Assembly (NCBI GenBank): GCA_051746405.1
Contig: JBNJFB010000001.1
Coordinates: forward strand, 96,001 to 160,000
Reading direction: 5' to 3'
DNA: 64,000 bases
Origin: Campylobacterota bacterium
GTDB taxonomy: Bacteria; Campylobacterota; Campylobacteria; Campylobacterales; Arcobacteraceae
The position numbers and the translations under genes are program-made. Below are positions 49,822 to 59,352 of this stretch, in pieces. Position 1 is the stretch's first letter. Every line of letters begins with the position of its first letter. Below the pieces are notes generated by a model, which was not told the DNA's origin, made no database searches, and saw nothing but the letters and a program-made list of their open reading frames with translations.

Positions 49822-51249
49822 TTAAATTTCCTTTTTAATGTATGTTGTCCATACATTTTGAAGTTTATCAGTAATTTTTTTACTGATTCCTTTGATTTTT
49901 GTCAAAATACTTGGGTCTTGTTCTAAAATACCCACTACATTTTCAACTTCACCAAACTCTTTTAATATTCTATCAAACTTCTTATTACCAACTCCATCAA
50001 CAGATGTGATAATATCTTTTAGCTCTTCAACGCTTAGAATTGGAGTAGTACAACTGCTTTGTGCCTCTTCTGCATTTGGACTAGGGATATCTTTTTTATT
50101 ACCTTTTATTTTCATTGATTTAAGGCTTTTTAAAGCAAATCTATCTTGATAGTTCCATTTTTCACTTGGCCACTCTTCTATAACTCTTTTTCTCACATCG
50201 TAAATTGGGTAGACTTTATCTAACTCATGAAAATATACCTCTTTTGTACCAAATACTCTTTTCTTTTTACCAAAATATGCACCATCGTAGCTTGGGCTAT
50301 ATTCACCAAAAGTGATGTGTCTCATTGTTCTTAGAAGTGATTTATCTATCTTACTAAGCTCTTCCCAGTTAAACATAGGAATATGTGGTTTTCTAAAGCG
50401 TTTATTACTTAAACTCCACATTAAATATTGTCCAATCCAATCTCTTATATAAGGAAATGCTGCAAATGCAGTTGCACACTCAAGAATTCTTACTTTTCCA
50501 TCTTTTCCAAATGCCACATCACACGCCCAGTACTCAGCTTTAGCAGCTTTTGATACCTTTACAGCTAAGTCAAGGACTGATTTGGGCACATCCATATAGT
50601 CCATACTACCACCTTGAGATGTATTAGTTAGCCATTTTCCTTGAGGTGGTCTTCTCCAAAAAGCACAAACAGGTTTATGTCCAATAAGCATAACTCTAAT
50701 ATCTGCATACATAGGTACGAAATCCTGTACATATAAAGGGTGGTATTTTTTCTTTTCAATTAGCTCTTTTGCCTCATTAGATGTATCAACTTTATGCACA
50801 AAATATCCACCATAGTTTGATGGTCCATAGGATTTTTTTATAATCATAGGATACTTTGTATCTTTTAAAAACTCTTTGGCTTTTTTTCTATTATAAAAGA
50901 TATGTGTATTTGGAATGGGTAAATCATATTTCCATGCAAATCGTGTTACATTCTCTTTTGATTTATTTGAAAACTGCGTATCAAGTGATGGGATGAACCG
51001 CACATTTGGTAAAGCTCTGCTTATTTCTCGAAATGTTTCATATGCTGTAGCTGGTATATTACCAATTAGTACCTCAATCTTTTTTCTTTTTACTTCACGA
51101 ATAAATCTATCTTTATCATTTTTCCAATGATACTTAACGATTTCTATCTTTTCAGGCCATCCTTTGAAGTTAGAATGATCAAAAAAACGTAGTACATGGT
51201 CAAGATATAAAAGACCTAATTTTGGAAGCTTTTGATTGTTTTTTTTCAC
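49822..51249 (-). CDS. RimK-like ATP-grasp ligase with C-terminal helix-hairpin-helix domain
   Basis: YPMIIKK, YVQDFV, DIRV, WLTNTSQGG, ILEC; C-terminal SVDGVGNK and KIKGISKK motifs. Confidence 0.8.
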   Translation of the reverse strand: MKKNNQKLPKLGLLYLDHVLRFFDHSNFKGWPEKIEIVKYHWKNDKDRFIREVKRKKIEVLIGNIPATAYETFREISRALPNVRFIPSLDTQFSNKSKENVTRFAWKYDLPIPNTHIFYNRKKAKEFLKDTKYPMIIKKSYGPSNYGGYFVHKVDTSNEAKELIEKKKYHPLYVQDFVPMYADIRVMLIGHKPVCAFWRRPPQGKWLTNTSQGGSMDYMDVPKSVLDLAVKVSKAAKAEYWACDVAFGKDGKVRILECATAFAAFPYIRDWIGQYLMWSLSNKRFRKPHIPMFNWEELSKIDKSLLRTMRHITFGEYSPSYDGAYFGKKKRVFGTKEVYFHELDKVYPIYDVRKRVIEEWPSEKWNYQDRFALKSLKSMKIKGNKKDIPSPNAEEAQSSCTTPILSVEELKDIITSVDGVGNKKFDRILKEFGEVENVVGILEQDPSILTKIKGISKKITDKLQNVWTTYIKKEI

Positions 51250-52184
51250 TATTTTTCCTTCTTTTTTGTTTGTTTATCAATTAGGTTTGCAATAAGCTCT
51301 ATTTTTTTATTATTAAAATCTAATCCCAGTTTTTCTTGTTCTGGCGTTGCAAATGCTGGGATACCATTAACTTCTAATACCAAATACTCCTCTTTTTTTC
51401 TATCATATATTATGTCAACACCTGCTATTTCAAGTCCTGTTATTTTAGCAGCTTTAAGTGCTAATTCGATTACTTTATCGTTAGGTTCTCTTAAAAAAAC
51501 ACTCCCACCGCTACTTATGTTTGTACGCCAATCTTTTCCACTAGCTTTTCGCCCATAACAACTAACATATTGCCCATCAACAATATCAACTCGAAAGTCT
51601 GTATTATCATAGTCAATAAATTTTTCAACATAAAAAAATCTTAAATTCATTTGATTTAAAAAAGGTAAAAGCATATCAAGCGTAGCTTGATTTTCTATTT
51701 TTGTTAATCCAACTCCACCCCAACCATCAGTTGGTTTATATACCATTCTATCCCATTTTTTCATAATCTTTGTTAGTTGATGACTATCATCTCTATGACA
51801 CAACTTATACTCAGGAGTTGCTATGCCACTGTTTTTTAATAAAAAAGAAGTTAAAAACTTATCTTCAGTTAATTCAAATGCATCATAATTATTAATTGTT
51901 GGAATAAGTTTACTTAATGCTTTAAATAAATAAAGTTGATATTGGGTCTGTTCCCCTGCATTGTATGAGAAGAAAAGATCAAGTTTATTAACTTTTATAT
52001 CTTTTTGACTCTCATCATCACTTTGACAAATAATATTACTATTTTTAGCAATAGCATTTCTAAGATTTAGTCCTGAAATTACATCTATATTTCTATCATT
52101 GAGCTGTCTTATTAGTTTTTTTTGTATTGTATCTCCACCACCATTTTGGTATAACCACATTCCTATAGTTCTTTTTTTTGCCAT
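51249..52184 (-). CDS. RimK/LysX-family ATP-grasp ligase
   Basis: EDKF, KPTDGWGGVG, VEKFI, DFRV, WRTNISSGG, GVDI, LEVNGIP. Confidence 0.88.
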   Translation of the reverse strand: MAKKRTIGMWLYQNGGGDTIQKKLIRQLNDRNIDVISGLNLRNAIAKNSNIICQSDDESQKDIKVNKLDLFFSYNAGEQTQYQLYLFKALSKLIPTINNYDAFELTEDKFLTSFLLKNSGIATPEYKLCHRDDSHQLTKIMKKWDRMVYKPTDGWGGVGLTKIENQATLDMLLPFLNQMNLRFFYVEKFIDYDNTDFRVDIVDGQYVSCYGRKASGKDWRTNISSGGSVFLREPNDKVIELALKAAKITGLEIAGVDIIYDRKKEEYLVLEVNGIPAFATPEQEKLGLDFNNKKIELIANLIDKQTKKKEK

Positions 52185-52195
52185 TACATCCCCCT

Positions 52196-53302
52196 TTATT
52201 CAAATTTATAATTATTTGATTGATGAAAATTTAATATTTTACTCATCATATCAATACGTTGCACAAAACTGCTTTTTAAAGCTCTCTCTTTAAGAGTATG
52301 GTCTCCATCTCCAAAAGGACCAAACCCATCAAGTGTTACAACACCACAACTTGCTACATGATTAGCATCACTGACGCCTCCTCTTTGTTCTGTAGGAAGT
52401 TTATACTCACTTATTTTTTCAAGCTTTTGTATAAAATGCTCTTGTTGTATATTAGGTTGCATTACATCTCTTTGTATTAAACCACTCAATGTAGAGTTTG
52501 TATTTTCAACATATGAAGTATTCGTAATAATATCAAGGGAATCTAATAGTCTATCACGCTCTTTTTGAGTCATATAACGAATTTCTAAAAGAAGTTCACA
52601 ATTTGGACTAATGGTATTAGCACCAATTCCTCCAGAGATTTTACCCACATTTACTGTAGTTCCAAGCTTCAAATTGGTTAGTTTTGTAAGCTCTTGAAGT
52701 TTATAACTAGCTTCTAAATTAGCATTAATACCTTCTGTATATCTAACTCCTGCATGAGCGGCTTTTCCTGAGATATTAATAGTAAAAGTACCAACTCCTT
52801 TTCTTCCTGTTACTATTTCTAGATTTTTTCCTGCTGCTTCAAATACAAAACAGTAATCATAGTTTTTAGCAAGTTCTAAAGTCAATGCTTTACTATCATC
52901 GCTTCCTGTCTCTTCATCGCTTACAAGTAAAAAATCGATATTGTGTATGGTTTTATTTTTTTCAAATAATGCTTTAAGTGATTCAAGAGCTACAATATTT
53001 CCGCCTTTCATATCACACACACCCGCACCATAAACCCACTGTTCGTCTTCATGAAATTTTTCAAAACTGCCTGGAGGAAAAACAGTGTCGTTGTGTCCTA
53101 AAAGAAGTATTTTATCTCCAGATTTTTTTTCACTTTGAAATAAATAGTGATTTCCTATATGTTCTTTAAAAAATATTTTTGTTTCAAAACCAAGTGGTTC
53201 AAGCCATAGTTGCATCTGCTTAGCAACTTTATCAACACCTTGTTTGTTTTTAGTATAGGAGTTGATTTCACAAATTGTTTGTAAATCTTTTAGATAGTGC
53301 AT
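52196..53302 (-). CDS. M20 metallopeptidase (carboxypeptidase G2-like)
   Basis: GHNDTV, GVCDMKGG, DEETGS, AHAG, GGVSDAN, DHT. Confidence 0.9.
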   Translation of the reverse strand: MHYLKDLQTICEINSYTKNKQGVDKVAKQMQLWLEPLGFETKIFFKEHIGNHYLFQSEKKSGDKILLLGHNDTVFPPGSFEKFHEDEQWVYGAGVCDMKGGNIVALESLKALFEKNKTIHNIDFLLVSDEETGSDDSKALTLELAKNYDYCFVFEAAGKNLEIVTGRKGVGTFTINISGKAAHAGVRYTEGINANLEASYKLQELTKLTNLKLGTTVNVGKISGGIGANTISPNCELLLEIRYMTQKERDRLLDSLDIITNTSYVENTNSTLSGLIQRDVMQPNIQQEHFIQKLEKISEYKLPTEQRGGVSDANHVASCGVVTLDGFGPFGDGDHTLKERALKSSFVQRIDMMSKILNFHQSNNYKFE

Positions 53303-53524
53303 TTATTCTCGTTTTATATTAAAGAACAAACCTTTTTTAGGTTTGTTTAGTTAGAGTTTATATTCTAAGAATTTTTAAAAACATACTTAAAAGAATAAAC
53401 TTGCCTTGTTTAAAATTTATGAATTTATTATATCTAAAAAATAACTTAGTTGAATCAATTTTATAAAATAATTTCTTTTATGCTATAATAACTGCATAAA
53501 TAAGCTTATAAATAGGGAAAGTTA

Positions 53525-54919
53525 ATGGCCAATAAAAATAGTAGTCAAATTTTAAAAAACAGTAATGCACAGATATTAGATGAGTTTAACGCATCAATAA
53601 TGTTTGATAAAGAGTTGTACTCACAAGATATAAAAGGTTCAAAAGCTCATAGTTCAATGTTATATGAACAAGGAGTTTTAACTTTAGAAGAAAAAGATGC
53701 TATCCACAAAGGATTAGAACAAGTAAAAGAAGAGATTGAAAGTGGTAAGTTTGAATTTTCACTAGAGTTTGAAGATATTCATATGGCTATTGAATCAAGG
53801 CTTACTGAAATAATAGGTGAACCAGGTAAAAAACTTCATACAGCAAGAAGTAGAAATGACCAAGTTGCTACTGATTTTAGACTATATGTTCAAGAAAAAA
53901 GTTTAAGTATTAAAGAGCAGTTAAAGCAGTTGGTTGATGTTTTTGTGGATGTCGCTTCAAAACATACAGATACACTAATTCCAGGAATGACTCACTTGCA
54001 ACATGCACAGCCTTTAAATTTTGGTTATCATATGTTAGCGTATGCAAATATGTTTAAAAGAGATTTTTTAAGATTTGAAAGCTCTTATGAAAGAAATAAT
54101 CTCTCTCCTTTAGGAAGTGCAGCACTTGCAGGAACTCCCCATAATATAAATAGAAACTCAACTAGCCAAAAGCTTGGATTTGATGCACCAACATCTCATG
54201 CAATGGACACAGTTTCAGATAGGGATTTTGCATTAGAAATATTATTTAATATCTCAACTTGTATGATGCATATAAGTAGAATATCAGAAGAGCTAATCAC
54301 TTGGTCTTCGTATGAGTTTGGTTTTGTAAGAATGAGTGATGAGTATGCTACAACTTCATCAATAATGCCACAAAAGAAAAATCCTGATGTACCTGAATTA
54401 TTAAGGGGTAAAACAGGTAGAGTTTATGGAAATTTAATCTCTTTATTAACTGTTATGAAAAGCCTTCCATTAGCTTACAATAAGGATACTCAAGAGGACA
54501 AAGAGGGTGTTTTTGACTCTGTAAAAACAGCTGAAATCTCTATAAAAATATTAACAGAAGTTATAAGAACAATGATAGTAAATAAAGAAAATATGAAAAA
54601 AGCTTGCAAAGTAGGGCACTTAACTGCAACTGATTTGGCTGATTATTTAGTAGATAAAAAGAAGATGGCTTTTAGAACAGCTTACTATATTACAAAAGAT
54701 GTTGTTGAAAAAGCAAATAGTTTAAATAAAGATATAAGTGAATTAACAATAGAAGAGATTAGAACATCAAATGATGAATTAAAACAGATTGATGAAGAGA
54801 TATTGATGTATTTAGATTTAAAAAACTCTATGAACTCTAGAAACTCTTTAGGTGGTACATCTACAAGTGAAACAAATAGACAAATTCAAGAGTTTAAAGC
54901 TTGGTTAGAAAATAAATAA
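53525..54919 (+). CDS. argH: Argininosuccinate lyase
   Basis: [27 protein letters not shown]. Confidence 0.97.
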   Translation: MANKNSSQILKNSNAQILDEFNASIMFDKELYSQDIKGSKAHSSMLYEQGVLTLEEKDAIHKGLEQVKEEIESGKFEFSLEFEDIHMAIESRLTEIIGEPGKKLHTARSRNDQVATDFRLYVQEKSLSIKEQLKQLVDVFVDVASKHTDTLIPGMTHLQHAQPLNFGYHMLAYANMFKRDFLRFESSYERNNLSPLGSAALAGTPHNINRNSTSQKLGFDAPTSHAMDTVSDRDFALEILFNISTCMMHISRISEELITWSSYEFGFVRMSDEYATTSSIMPQKKNPDVPELLRGKTGRVYGNLISLLTVMKSLPLAYNKDTQEDKEGVFDSVKTAEISIKILTEVIRTMIVNKENMKKACKVGHLTATDLADYLVDKKKMAFRTAYYITKDVVEKANSLNKDISELTIEEIRTSNDELKQIDEEILMYLDLKNSMNSRNSLGGTSTSETNRQIQEFKAWLENK

Positions 54920-54943
54920 AATATAATTTAAGAAGTTAAGTTT

Positions 54944-55849
54944 TTAACTTCTTAAAAATTTATTTGTCATATCATAAAGTGATTGAATATCAGTTTTTCC
55001 TACAAATCCATCTACGCCAATTCTGTCCATTTTACCTTTTACAGCATCTGTTGTCATAGATGAGTTTACTACAACTGGGATATGGCTATATTTACTAGTA
55101 GTTTTTATAAAAGTAGCAACTTGAAAACCATCAGCTTCAGGCATCTCTATATCAGTAATCACTAAACCTATTTTTTCAGGATTTAGCTCTTGTGCTCTTC
55201 TTAATAGTTCAGCACCATTTACATAAATCTCATATCTTATTCCAGTTCTTTTGAAAAACTTATGAAGTACTTCCCTTGCAACTCCTGAGTCTTCTGCTGC
55301 TAATACAATTTTTTCAGAGTCAAAACTGTGTTCAACATATTTATTAACAGCATCTTCACCATCATCTGTCCAACCCACATCTCTTAATAGTTGTTCAGCA
55401 TTAAATACTGTACAAAGCTCATCTTTATTATCTACTTTTACATAAGTTGTATATGTGATTTTTGCATTTGTTTCTTCTGTATGTCTTAGTTGATCGGTTG
55501 TTTTCTCAACAATGTCAAGCATATCTTTAACTAAAAAACCTATTTTTTTATGATTAAATTCACAGTAAATAATAAGCTTGTATTCATCTAATTCAAGTTT
55601 TGAAAGACCTAACCAAACATCTAAATTAATAAGTGTTACAGGTTCACCTCTTATTGTAGCAATACCTGATATTACTTCGCTCTCTTTTGGAGTATCATTT
55701 ATAGTTACTTCATCTTTTATTATAAATGCTTTTACTTTAGCAATATTAATTGCATATATGTTGTTATGACCAGTGTAGAAAACTGCTAATTGTTGAACAT
55801 TTCTTAGATGACCCTGCGTCATCTCTTCAACACTACTAATACCACTCAT
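54944..55849 (-). CDS. cheV: Chemotaxis protein CheV (CheW plus receiver)
   Basis: YAINIAKVK, AEDS, ITDIEMP. Confidence 0.9.
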   Translation of the reverse strand: MSGISSVEEMTQGHLRNVQQLAVFYTGHNNIYAINIAKVKAFIIKDEVTINDTPKESEVISGIATIRGEPVTLINLDVWLGLSKLELDEYKLIIYCEFNHKKIGFLVKDMLDIVEKTTDQLRHTEETNAKITYTTYVKVDNKDELCTVFNAEQLLRDVGWTDDGEDAVNKYVEHSFDSEKIVLAAEDSGVAREVLHKFFKRTGIRYEIYVNGAELLRRAQELNPEKIGLVITDIEMPEADGFQVATFIKTTSKYSHIPVVVNSSMTTDAVKGKMDRIGVDGFVGKTDIQSLYDMTNKFLRS

Positions 55850-55912
55850 GAGAATCCTTTTATTGTTATAACTACTTTATTATATATCTTTTATTCTTTA
55901 AGTAACTTTAAG

Positions 55913-56563
55913 TTATTTTTCTATTTTTGCAAGAAGTTTCTTCATTGTAACTGAAGCCATCATTAAACCAAAGGAACCTGTAACTCCTTCAAAACTCCCT
56001 TTATCAATACATAAGGGTAGTTCAGGAGAGAAAATAATTTTAAATTTTTTCTTGAAATTTGCTTGTTTTAGTTTAGTCCTAATTTTTTTTATAAATCTAT
56101 CATTGTACGTATCCCAAATTGATGTGTACTGTATTAAACTAGGGTCAATTCTTTTAGCTCCACCGCTTGTAGAGATTACTTTTTCATAGTGATTTATAAT
56201 TAGATGAACTTTTGGTTCCACATCATCAATTGCATCTAAAATATAATCATAAGATGAAAAGTCAAACTCATCAATCCACTGGGGAGTAATTTTAGCATTT
56301 ATAGGTGTTGTTTGAGGGTATTTTTCTTTTAAAGCTTCAACTTTAACCCTTCCTATATTATCATGGCTTCCTAACTGCCTATTCATATTTGACTCTTCAT
56401 AAGTATCAAAATCAACAATTGTAATATTTTTTATGCCTGTGTTATATAATGCATCAAGTGCAAAACTTCCTATTCCACCTACACCTAAAAGTATAAGCTT
56501 AACATCTTTAAATTTATCAAATTTTTCTTGTCCAAATAACTTTATTGTTCTATCGTACTGCAT
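55913..56563 (-). CDS. tcdA: tRNA threonylcarbamoyladenosine dehydratase (ThiF family)
   Basis: GVGGIGS, SNMNRQ, DAID, VTGSFG. Confidence 0.8.
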   Translation of the reverse strand: MQYDRTIKLFGQEKFDKFKDVKLILLGVGGIGSFALDALYNTGIKNITIVDFDTYEESNMNRQLGSHDNIGRVKVEALKEKYPQTTPINAKITPQWIDEFDFSSYDYILDAIDDVEPKVHLIINHYEKVISTSGGAKRIDPSLIQYTSIWDTYNDRFIKKIRTKLKQANFKKKFKIIFSPELPLCIDKGSFEGVTGSFGLMMASVTMKKLLAKIEK

Positions 56564-56626
56564 GTATAATCTACTCTTTTAAAAGTTTTTGGTATTATAC
56601 CATAAATTAATTGATTGGAGATGTTG

Positions 56627-57112
56627 ATGGATAAAGAACCAATGACAACCGTAGGCTATGAAAAAATTACAAAAGAGTTTGAACTTTTGAAAAAAAAGGA
56701 AAGACCTGAAACTGTAATAGAACTAGATGAAGCTAGACAATTAGGGGATTTAAAGGAAAATGCAGAGTATCATGCAGCAAAAGATAAGTTGAAACTTATT
56801 GATTCTCAAATTGCAGAGTATGGAAATGTTATTTCAAAAGCTGTAATCATTGACCCCTCAACTCTTCCACATGATAAGATAAGTTTTGGTTCAACTTTTG
56901 ACTTAGTTGATATTGATACAGACAAAGAGTTTACTTATGCGATTGTTGGTGGAGTTGAGTCTAATGCAGATAGAGGATTTATCTCTTTTAACTCACCATT
57001 AGCTACACAGCTTCTAGGAAAAGAAGAGGGTGATGAGATTACAGTTACCTTACCTGGTGGACAACAGTCATTTGAGATTTTATCTGTGTATTATAAGGAG
57101 CTTGATTTATAA
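56627..57112 (+). CDS. greA: Transcription elongation factor GreA
   Basis: GDLKENAEYHAAK, ISFNSPLA; start at 56627 from RBS spacing. Confidence 0.96.
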   Translation: MDKEPMTTVGYEKITKEFELLKKKERPETVIELDEARQLGDLKENAEYHAAKDKLKLIDSQIAEYGNVISKAVIIDPSTLPHDKISFGSTFDLVDIDTDKEFTYAIVGGVESNADRGFISFNSPLATQLLGKEEGDEITVTLPGGQQSFEILSVYYKELDL

Positions 57113-58116
57113 TGAAAGTAGCAGTAGTAGGTGCAAGTGGTTATACAGGGTTAGAATTAGTTAAGATTTTAGTAAATCATCCAAAGTTTGAGCTAACATA
57201 TATTGCTAATTCAACAGGTGAACAAAAACTAACACAACTTCATCCATCACTAATGGGTGTAATTGAAATGGATGTATCAAAAGTAGATACAAGTGATATT
57301 GCTAAAAATGCAGACTTGGCATTTTTAGCATTGCCCCATAAAACATCAATGCAAATAGCAAAAGAGCTTTTAGAACAAGGGGTAAAAGTAGTTGATTTAA
57401 GTGCAGATTATAGACTAAAACTAGAAACTTATGAAAAAAATTATTGTGAACATGTGGATAAAGAGCATATAAATCAAGCTGTATATGGTCTTCCAGAGTT
57501 TTATAAAGATGATTTAAAGGGTGCAGAATTAGTTGCAAATCCTGGATGTTATCCTACTGCTACACTATTAGCATTGATACCTTTTATTGATTATATCAAA
57601 AAAGATACTCCTATTTTTATTGATGCAAAAACAGGAGTTAGTGGAGCTGGAAAGAAACTAAATGAAATAACACAATTTGGTCATATAAATGAAAATGCCC
57701 ATGCATATAATCCTTTTAAACATAGACATATGCCTGAAATTGAAGAAAAAGTACAACTTCTAAAAAATAAAGAGTTTCAAATAAACTTTGTGCCACATTT
57801 ATTACCTGTTACAAGAGGTATGTTAGTTTCAGTATATGCAATACTTGATGAAGATATTGATGAGAAAGCTATACTAAATGATGCATATAAAGACAGTGAG
57901 TTTATTAGAATAAGAGATAATGTAGTTGATATGAAATCAACTGCTGGTACAAACTATTGTGATATTTTTGTAACAAGAAATAAAAAATCACTATTTATAA
58001 ACGCTTCAATTGATAATCTCTTAAGAGGTGCATCTTCTCAAGCAGTTGTAAATGCAAATATTATGTGTGGTTTTCAAGAGGGTGAGGGAATTCCTAAGAT
58101 AGCTTATGTACCATAA
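57112..58116 (+). CDS. argC: N-acetyl-gamma-glutamyl-phosphate reductase
   Basis: GASGYTG, DLSADYR, ANPGCYPT, HRHMPEI, DNLLRGA. Confidence 0.97.
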   Translation: MKVAVVGASGYTGLELVKILVNHPKFELTYIANSTGEQKLTQLHPSLMGVIEMDVSKVDTSDIAKNADLAFLALPHKTSMQIAKELLEQGVKVVDLSADYRLKLETYEKNYCEHVDKEHINQAVYGLPEFYKDDLKGAELVANPGCYPTATLLALIPFIDYIKKDTPIFIDAKTGVSGAGKKLNEITQFGHINENAHAYNPFKHRHMPEIEEKVQLLKNKEFQINFVPHLLPVTRGMLVSVYAILDEDIDEKAILNDAYKDSEFIRIRDNVVDMKSTAGTNYCDIFVTRNKKSLFINASIDNLLRGASSQAVVNANIMCGFQEGEGIPKIAYVP

Positions 58117-58813
58117 TCTAAAGTTAAAAAAATCAGCAATTTTTATTGCTGATTCACATTTTAATAAAAATAACCAAGAGTTTTTAGAGTTTTTAGAAAA
58201 ACTAAAAAGTGATGAGATAAAAACTTCACAATTAATACTAATGGGTGATATTTTTGATTTTATATCAGGTGAGAGTAGATATTTTTTGAAAATAAATAAT
58301 AGAATAATTAAACTTTTAAATAAACTATCTAGAAATCTACAAATAGTATATTTAGAGGGAAATCATGACTATAATTTAAAAAAAATTTTTAAAGATATAT
58401 ATGTAATACCAAGGCATAAGCAGCCATTAGTATTAAAATATAAAGAGAAAAATATAGCACTATCACATGGAGATAATTTCACTGATTGGAAATATAATCT
58501 TTATTGTAAAGTTATTAGAAATAGTTTTTTATTGAAGTTTCTAAATTTGATAGATTTTGATTTTTTTATTTCAAAAAAGATAGAGAATGCACTTCTTAAC
58601 AAAAATATATGTCATCATATGGAAAATTTTGAACAGTTAGCAAAAAAAAGAGTTAAAAACTATAATGAATCTATTGTAATAGAAGGACATTTTCATCAAG
58701 GCAAAAGTTATATTTTTGAAAAACAAAGATATATAAATGTTCCATCCCTTTGTTGTTCAAAAGAGTATATGGTTTTTGAAAATAGTGATTTTATTAAAAA
58801 GGATATTTTATAA
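58106..58813 (+). CDS. lpxH: UDP-2,3-diacylglucosamine diphosphatase (LpxH-like metallophosphoesterase)
   Basis: ADSH, GDIFD, GNHD, HGD, GHFH. Confidence 0.75.
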   Translation: MYHNLKLKKSAIFIADSHFNKNNQEFLEFLEKLKSDEIKTSQLILMGDIFDFISGESRYFLKINNRIIKLLNKLSRNLQIVYLEGNHDYNLKKIFKDIYVIPRHKQPLVLKYKEKNIALSHGDNFTDWKYNLYCKVIRNSFLLKFLNLIDFDFFISKKIENALLNKNICHHMENFEQLAKKRVKNYNESIVIEGHFHQGKSYIFEKQRYINVPSLCCSKEYMVFENSDFIKKDIL

Positions 58814-59349
58814 TGAATAGCACATTGATTGTAGTATCAATAGTTATCTTACTTCTTCTAGTAGTTATTTTGGTACTAATTAAATATGTAATAAGTGACT
58901 CAAAGCAAGAAACAAAGAAAACTATTAAAAGAAAAGAAAACATAGATATAAATAGTGTCACCTTACCTTCAAAAATTGAAAGTTTTGACACTAGTACTTT
59001 AATAAAAGCATGTCAAACTGTTTATGAAACATTTGTACTATTGGATTTTAAAAATAATCCAGATGAGATGAATAAAATAGAGTGGCATGCATGGCAAGTT
59101 GCTATGTTAATAAAACTTGTAAAAAAAGATTGTAGTTTTATAGTTAGAAAAAAAGATGTATTCCCTGAGTCAATATACTCTTTAAAGTGGTCAGAAATTG
59201 AAAAAGAATTAGATAGAGTCATCAGAAAATACCATGACAATGTTGATTTTAATAAAAGTAAAGATGAACTTTGTAATCAAATGCTTCTATCAGGTAGAGA
59301 TATAAGCATAATTTTTTATTATGTTATAAATAGGGAAAGTAATAATTAG
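58813..59349 (+). CDS. Hypothetical membrane-anchored protein
   Basis: N-terminal TM helix; translationally coupled to the previous gene. Confidence 0.65.
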   Translation: MNSTLIVVSIVILLLLVVILVLIKYVISDSKQETKKTIKRKENIDINSVTLPSKIESFDTSTLIKACQTVYETFVLLDFKNNPDEMNKIEWHAWQVAMLIKLVKKDCSFIVRKKDVFPESIYSLKWSEIEKELDRVIRKYHDNVDFNKSKDELCNQMLLSGRDISIIFYYVINRESNN

Positions 59350-59352
59350 ATA

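Noticed and set aside
46981..58116. LysW/ArgX-type carrier-protein arginine pathway (RimK-like ligase + M20 + argC + argH nearby)
   Set aside because: No LysW-like carrier with a C-terminal EDWGE; the 63-aa protein lacks it; argH and argC look like ordinary core genes in separate transcription units
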